This document shows, one piece after another, positions 38,035 to 42,470 of a DNA stretch of 42,470 bases; positions within the stretch are counted from its first letter, which is position 1; every line of letters begins with the position of its first letter. This DNA comes from a virus (taxonomy: Duplodnaviria > Caudoviricetes). The translations under genes were made by a program, and so were the position numbers. The notes beneath the pieces were generated by a model that was given only the letters and a program-made list of their open reading frames with translations, did no database searches and was not told the origin of the DNA. The DNA lies in IMG/VR virus record IMGVR_UViG_3300037991_005648, positions 1 to 42,470 of that record. One strand, given 5' to 3'.

Positions 38035-39848
38035 TACAATCTCAATTCTTTAACCGTGATAGTTGTATCTTCAGGTCTGATTAACACAACATCATTACGA
38101 GCTCCTGTAACATCTGGATCAACGGGTCTTACAAACACCTTTAAGTTACCAGATGTAGCTCCGGAAGCGAAAGATGTAATAATTAAATTAGATATTGTAA
38201 CTGAACCAGTTTCGTAATCTATTGTACCAGTATCAGGAGCCAAAACAACTAGATCATCTTCTGATACTGTAACAACTTGTAACACACCAGCGCCATTATC
38301 TCTTAAAGAAGCTCCTTCAATACTATTGTATACAAACACTTCTGAAGATAATGCAGGTGTTGATTTACCAATATGAGCATCCTGTGTTAATTCATCTACA
38401 GGGTTATCAGCTTTTAGTGGTTGATTAAATTCTAATGTTTTAGTGAATGAAACACCAGCTTGTGGCCCAATTGATTTTCTTATTCTTACAGTCATTTCAT
38501 TACTTACTATAGATGTATCAGCTTCGTTAATTTTTTCAACTAGTTTACTTTTACGAAGTGTTGCATCAAACTTATCTAAGTTGTCAGAGTTAAAGTTTAC
38601 AATAGCATTTGATGTAAGTGTTTGAATTTCACCCAATGTTTTCAACGTTGCATTTTTATCAAACTTAACTGTTGAATCTATTACAATATTAATAAAATCT
38701 GGATCAATCACTTCGGCTCTTACACCAATTGGCATCTTAGGTTTTAAGAAGTTAACTATTTGAGTTTTAAGAACTGATGGAAGATTATCAAAAGATGAAC
38801 TTCTTACAGCTAACTTAACTACACCAAATTGTGGAGTTGGTTCATCTGCACCATCGTAGACATGCATTGATGTAATATCACTAAATTCATTTTTAGCTAG
38901 TGTAACGTAATCTTCTTTTGTAACAGCTCTTTCTTGAACTGCTAATGCTCTTGGAGCTGCAAACTTTATATCATCTAATTCTTGGAACTCATCACCATTA
39001 GTAGCTCTTGTAACTAATGATATTGTTGCTGGTTCTCCAGCTACTGATGCAGCAGAAAAACTATTGGCTCCATTTGGATCTGAACCAGAAGACACTCTAT
39101 ATGTTAGCTCAACAAGATTGTTGTTTGCTAAGTTTCTTCCAAATGTACCATTACCAAAAACTACTTTGTATGAACCATTTGTAGATGGTTCAACGAAAAA
39201 CACATTACTTGATCCTGTTAAACCAAATAAACTATTTGCTCTAGTATATTCACTATTTGTACTATCTGTGTTTGAAGTACGTACTTTGCACGTTAAACTG
39301 GTTACATCTACATCAAAATTATTAATAATAAATTGTTGAGTATTTGGTGAAGTGTTTGTAACAAGGAATGCTTCCTGTATAATTTCACCTTCATATATTG
39401 CTACGTTAGATGCTAAGTAACTATTGTTTGCGTAAACAGTAATATCAGTATTAGTTGAGAATGTATATGTATTATCACCAACTGTAGATGTAAATGATGT
39501 CAATCTTGGAATAGTAATACTGTGTGGATTAGAAGTAGGGTTGACATCAATGTTGATATATGCTACAGATGATCTATATGATCTTGGTAAGTAGTTAAGC
39601 GTCTTTGCAATTGAATATACACTATCTCTCAATTGAGCACTATCTAAAAACATCTCTGTTGCAACATGATTCAAATATACATTATTGTAATATGTATTAT
39701 ATGCAAGTACATCCAACAAAGTACTTAAAGCTGAGCCAGTAAAATTATAATCAGCAAATATTGCTTGTCCTTCCATAAAGGATTGCAAATTTGACTTAAT
39801 TGAATCAAACTCTAAGTTGGCAACCGAAAATTCAGTGTTGGCAGCCAT
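38034..39848 (-). CDS. gp6: Baseplate wedge subunit gp6
   Basis: LEFDSIKSNL, DYNFTGSALSTLLDVLAYNTYY, FLDSAQLRDSV and QERAVTKEDY motifs. Confidence 0.95.
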   Translation of the reverse strand: MAANTEFSVANLEFDSIKSNLQSFMEGQAIFADYNFTGSALSTLLDVLAYNTYYNNVYLNHVATEMFLDSAQLRDSVYSIAKTLNYLPRSYRSSVAYINIDVNPTSNPHSITIPRLTSFTSTVGDNTYTFSTNTDITVYANNSYLASNVAIYEGEIIQEAFLVTNTSPNTQQFIINNFDVDVTSLTCKVRTSNTDSTNSEYTRANSLFGLTGSSNVFFVEPSTNGSYKVVFGNGTFGRNLANNNLVELTYRVSSGSDPNGANSFSAASVAGEPATISLVTRATNGDEFQELDDIKFAAPRALAVQERAVTKEDYVTLAKNEFSDITSMHVYDGADEPTPQFGVVKLAVRSSSFDNLPSVLKTQIVNFLKPKMPIGVRAEVIDPDFINIVIDSTVKFDKNATLKTLGEIQTLTSNAIVNFNSDNLDKFDATLRKSKLVEKINEADTSIVSNEMTVRIRKSIGPQAGVSFTKTLEFNQPLKADNPVDELTQDAHIGKSTPALSSEVFVYNSIEGASLRDNGAGVLQVVTVSEDDLVVLAPDTGTIDYETGSVTISNLIITSFASGATSGNLKVFVRPVDPDVTGARNDVVLIRPEDTTITVKELRL

Positions 39849-40267
39849 TATCTAGTCCTCTCTATAAACAGTGGTAATGTAGCTTGCACACCAGTATTTA
39901 TGATCATAAATGTAACGTCTACAGTTGCAGAATTACGGTCGTGATCAAATGACAAATCAGCATACAAGAACTCAGCTCTTGGTTCATGGTTCTCAATTGT
40001 TTCCAAAATATAATCATGCAGCATTTGGTTGATAAAAGGTGTAGCGTTCTCAAATAACAGAGCTTTGAGATTAGAACCTACTGTAGGTTGAAAAAGTCGT
40101 TCACCTTTGTTTGTAAGAAGTAAATTTCTAACAGATTGCTTTACAGCGTTTTCGTTTATTTTTTTGTTTAACTCACCAGTTTGTGCATGACGAGAAAAGT
40201 CATTAAACAAATCTGAATAAAAGTTTTGAGTTGTTGTTACTTCTGTTGTTAGTCCTACCTTAGACAT
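39848..40267 (-). CDS. gp25: Baseplate wedge subunit gp25
   Basis: NENAVKQSVRNLLLTNKGERLFQP.VGS and IENHEPRA motifs. Confidence 0.93.
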   Translation of the reverse strand: MSKVGLTTEVTTTQNFYSDLFNDFSRHAQTGELNKKINENAVKQSVRNLLLTNKGERLFQPTVGSNLKALLFENATPFINQMLHDYILETIENHEPRAEFLYADLSFDHDRNSATVDVTFMIINTGVQATLPLFIERTR

Positions 40268-41558
40268 TTAATAAATCCTCATCCAGATCTGCTTGATTTG
40301 TTGGTACTCTATCCAATTTTTCACCTAATTGATCTAAGAAATCAAATTGTCCTTGTACTTCATCTTTAAGTTTTGGTCCAGCTTTCTCTAATTCTTTTGC
40401 CAAGTTTGATAAAATGTTCAAAGCATTTGCACTATCAACAGGAACACCGGTTACAGGATCTATCTGTCTGCTAATAGCTTTGCCAGGTTCAGCAGCTGAT
40501 TTAGCTGCTGTTGAAGCAATACTACTCAAAGACTTAGCTGCGCCTTGAAATGCTTTGTTAACTTCTGGAACAACTTGCTTTAACAATCCAGTCGTCGTTT
40601 GCATTGCAGACTTGGCTGATTCACGGGCTTGTGCATATGCAGCATCAAAATCTTCTTGTGATGCAAAGCCAGAAGGTACCATTACTTTGTTACCATCTTC
40701 ATCAACTTGTGTTTCAAAAATAATATTTTCACCTGTACCTTCATCAAATACAATATCAGTAGTTACAGGTCCATCAAAAGTATTTATAGTAGTCATCTTG
40801 GTTGCTACTCTTAAACCTGTATCTACAGCAGCAGTTAATGTCTTAGTAACTTGTTGTAATGATATTGGTTGTGGTGGAGCTTCATTTTTTGAATCTTGAA
40901 CTGGTACAGTTGCTGGAGCTCCTAATTTTATTGGAATTATCTCTTCACCAATTTGTATACCAGCTGCATCAAAAACAGCTTGAGTTTTAAACTGAATGTT
41001 TGGTATCATCTTTCCTGGATCAAATCCTCCTGCAGCAGCACCAGCAACTGAAGAGGTAGTAAGAGCAGATTGTAAACCTCCAGCAGCATTTTGTATTGTA
41101 CCAAGTGCACTACTTGCAGCTCCATCAATTGCACCTTGTAATGCTCCTATACCACTCAAATCAGGAGTTTGTAATGAACCTAATGCAGCACTACTAAGTG
41201 AATCAACACTTGGTATACCTGCAGCAGCACCTCCAGCTGCATCTATAAGAGCTCCAAGTTGAGAAGCTGCAGATCCAGCTAAACCCTGTGCATCACCAAG
41301 AACATCACCCATTAAACTTTGTAAGTTTGGAAGGTTAGGTTTTAAGGCATCAGCTTGTTCAAGTAAACTTTCACCGGCTCCTTTTATAGTGTTGAATGCA
41401 TCATCAGTAACTGCAAAGAGATCAGAAGGTACTCCAGCAGCTATATCAAGTGCTTCAACTGCAGCCATTTTTTCTTTTGTCTTATTAGCAATGTCTTGGA
41501 GTAGATTATCTACACCACTATTAGCTAACTTATTTGCAAATTCTGTTGGATCAATCAT
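40260..41558 (-). CDS. Ala/Gly-rich hypothetical protein between gp5 and gp25
   Basis: 432-aa ORF overlapping the gp5 stop (ATGA) and the gp25 start; low-complexity helical N-terminal half. Confidence 0.7.
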   Translation of the reverse strand: MIDPTEFANKLANSGVDNLLQDIANKTKEKMAAVEALDIAAGVPSDLFAVTDDAFNTIKGAGESLLEQADALKPNLPNLQSLMGDVLGDAQGLAGSAASQLGALIDAAGGAAAGIPSVDSLSSAALGSLQTPDLSGIGALQGAIDGAASSALGTIQNAAGGLQSALTTSSVAGAAAGGFDPGKMIPNIQFKTQAVFDAAGIQIGEEIIPIKLGAPATVPVQDSKNEAPPQPISLQQVTKTLTAAVDTGLRVATKMTTINTFDGPVTTDIVFDEGTGENIIFETQVDEDGNKVMVPSGFASQEDFDAAYAQARESAKSAMQTTTGLLKQVVPEVNKAFQGAAKSLSSIASTAAKSAAEPGKAISRQIDPVTGVPVDSANALNILSNLAKELEKAGPKLKDEVQGQFDFLDQLGEKLDRVPTNQADLDEDLLNV

Positions 41559-42470
41559 GGGTTCAAGTCTATTCTAGTTGATTCAATTACTGTGTTAGCA
41601 GGTTTAGTATTTGTACCAACTAAAAATTTAGTTGGTGTATCTATTGTTGTATCTTGAGAAGAGTCCATATTCAAACCAGATTCTGTATGAATATTGACAT
41701 TACTTACTGCTTTAACATTATAGTTACTACCAACAACAAAGTTAGTATTACCAGCAGTAGAACAAGTAAACGACTTAGATATTTTTCTTCTTTCAAATCC
41801 AGTAATGTTCAAATCAACATTATTTTGATGGATTGTATTTGATGTACCTTTGTATAAGTTTGCTGTATCACCAACTGTTTCATGTTTATCATTACCAGTT
41901 ATTCTCGTGCTTCTGTTACCATTAATCTGTGTAGCTTTGTTAGTAAGAATGACTTTTTGTTCATTACCTGTGATCTTAGTAACCATATCACCATCTACAC
42001 GTAAATGATAATTGCCTTTCACTTCTTGATATAAATTCTTTTCTACAAATAATCTAACATCTCCTTTTACAGTAAGGTTCATGTTGCCTTCGATAACAAC
42101 ATTTTTACCTTTCATAAAAATTTCATAATCATCACCAACTACTTTTGTAACTCTTGATCCATCAGGTTGTATTTCATAGAAAGTACCTTTTTTATGGTAT
42201 TGATGTATTCTTTCTGCACCTTCTGTATCATCATATTCCATAACATGACCAGACTCAGTAGTATAAGTGTGATTAAGAGGATATGCAGACTTATTTGGAG
42301 GTGTTCCAGATCTACCTTCCCAAGGCTGTCCTTTGGCTTTATCATCTATGAAACTTGTACTACCTCCTTGTCCCCCAACTCTAGGATTAGGTTCATCCCA
42401 TCTGTTTCTAAAATAAAATGATCCAGGAGGTACTGCAGCAACATTATCTTTAGAATGTCCAATAGGTGCA
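41555..42470 (-). CDS. gp5: Baseplate hub/needle gp5, C-terminal part; the reading frame is open to the right edge, so the ORF-track start at 42241 is internal
   Basis: Extending upstream gives ...WDEPNP...SAYPLNHTYTTESGHVMEYDDTEGAERIHQYHKKGTFYEIQPDGSRVTKVVGDDY, matching T4 gp5, followed by VxGN-type beta-helix repeats. Confidence 0.93.
   Translation of the reverse strand, partial: APIGHSKDNVAAVPPGSFYFRNRWDEPNPRVGGQGGSTSFIDDKAKGQPWEGRSGTPPNKSAYPLNHTYTTESGHVMEYDDTEGAERIHQYHKKGTFYEIQPDGSRVTKVVGDDYEIFMKGKNVVIEGNMNLTVKGDVRLFVEKNLYQEVKGNYHLRVDGDMVTKITGNEQKVILTNKATQINGNRSTRITGNDKHETVGDTANLYKGTSNTIHQNNVDLNITGFERRKISKSFTCSTAGNTNFVVGSNYNVKAVSNVNIHTESGLNMDSSQDTTIDTPTKFLVGTNTKPANTVIESTRIDLNP

Noticed and set aside
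1-42470. Genome-wide stop-codon reassignment
   Set aside because: All conserved genes translate as long intact ORFs in the standard code, and TAA, TAG and TGA are all used as real stops with coupled downstream starts.

Overview
This is a 42.5-kb, AT-rich segment of a T4-like myophage genome resembling aquatic T4-like phages; the host cannot be determined from this window. It covers the late structural region. On the minus strand, right to left, lie gp5 (truncated by the window edge), an Ala/Gly-rich ORF, gp25, gp6, a gp7-like gene, gp8, a 2185-aa VrlC/DUF4815-like protein, a small S74-chaperone fibre gene and two giant repeat proteins (3297 aa and 1356 aa). Further left are small collar/fibre genes, gp13, a basic multi-module protein and gp14 (truncated). 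Between the giant genes and the neck genes sits an enzyme island: four GT-A glycosyltransferase-like genes, two 2OG-Fe(II)/cupin oxygenase-like genes, a radical SAM enzyme and a methyltransferase-like gene. The main observation concerns the two giant proteins, which are built from an aromatic-x-Lys-x tetrapeptide with a mirror-symmetric register. In the 1356-aa protein, an 18-aa motif (WVGPVFYGGFASGSQTTN) sits at the centre of two arms of 540 and 541 aa with matching interruptions. In the 3297-aa protein, the same motif recurs six times, four of them flanked by near-equal arms, with a LamG domain and a split gp38-like glycine-rich domain attached. I infer giant out-and-back beta-hairpin fibres, one linear and one branched, possibly modified by the adjacent enzymes. 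All family assignments are from motif recognition and all counts were done by hand; no searches were run.
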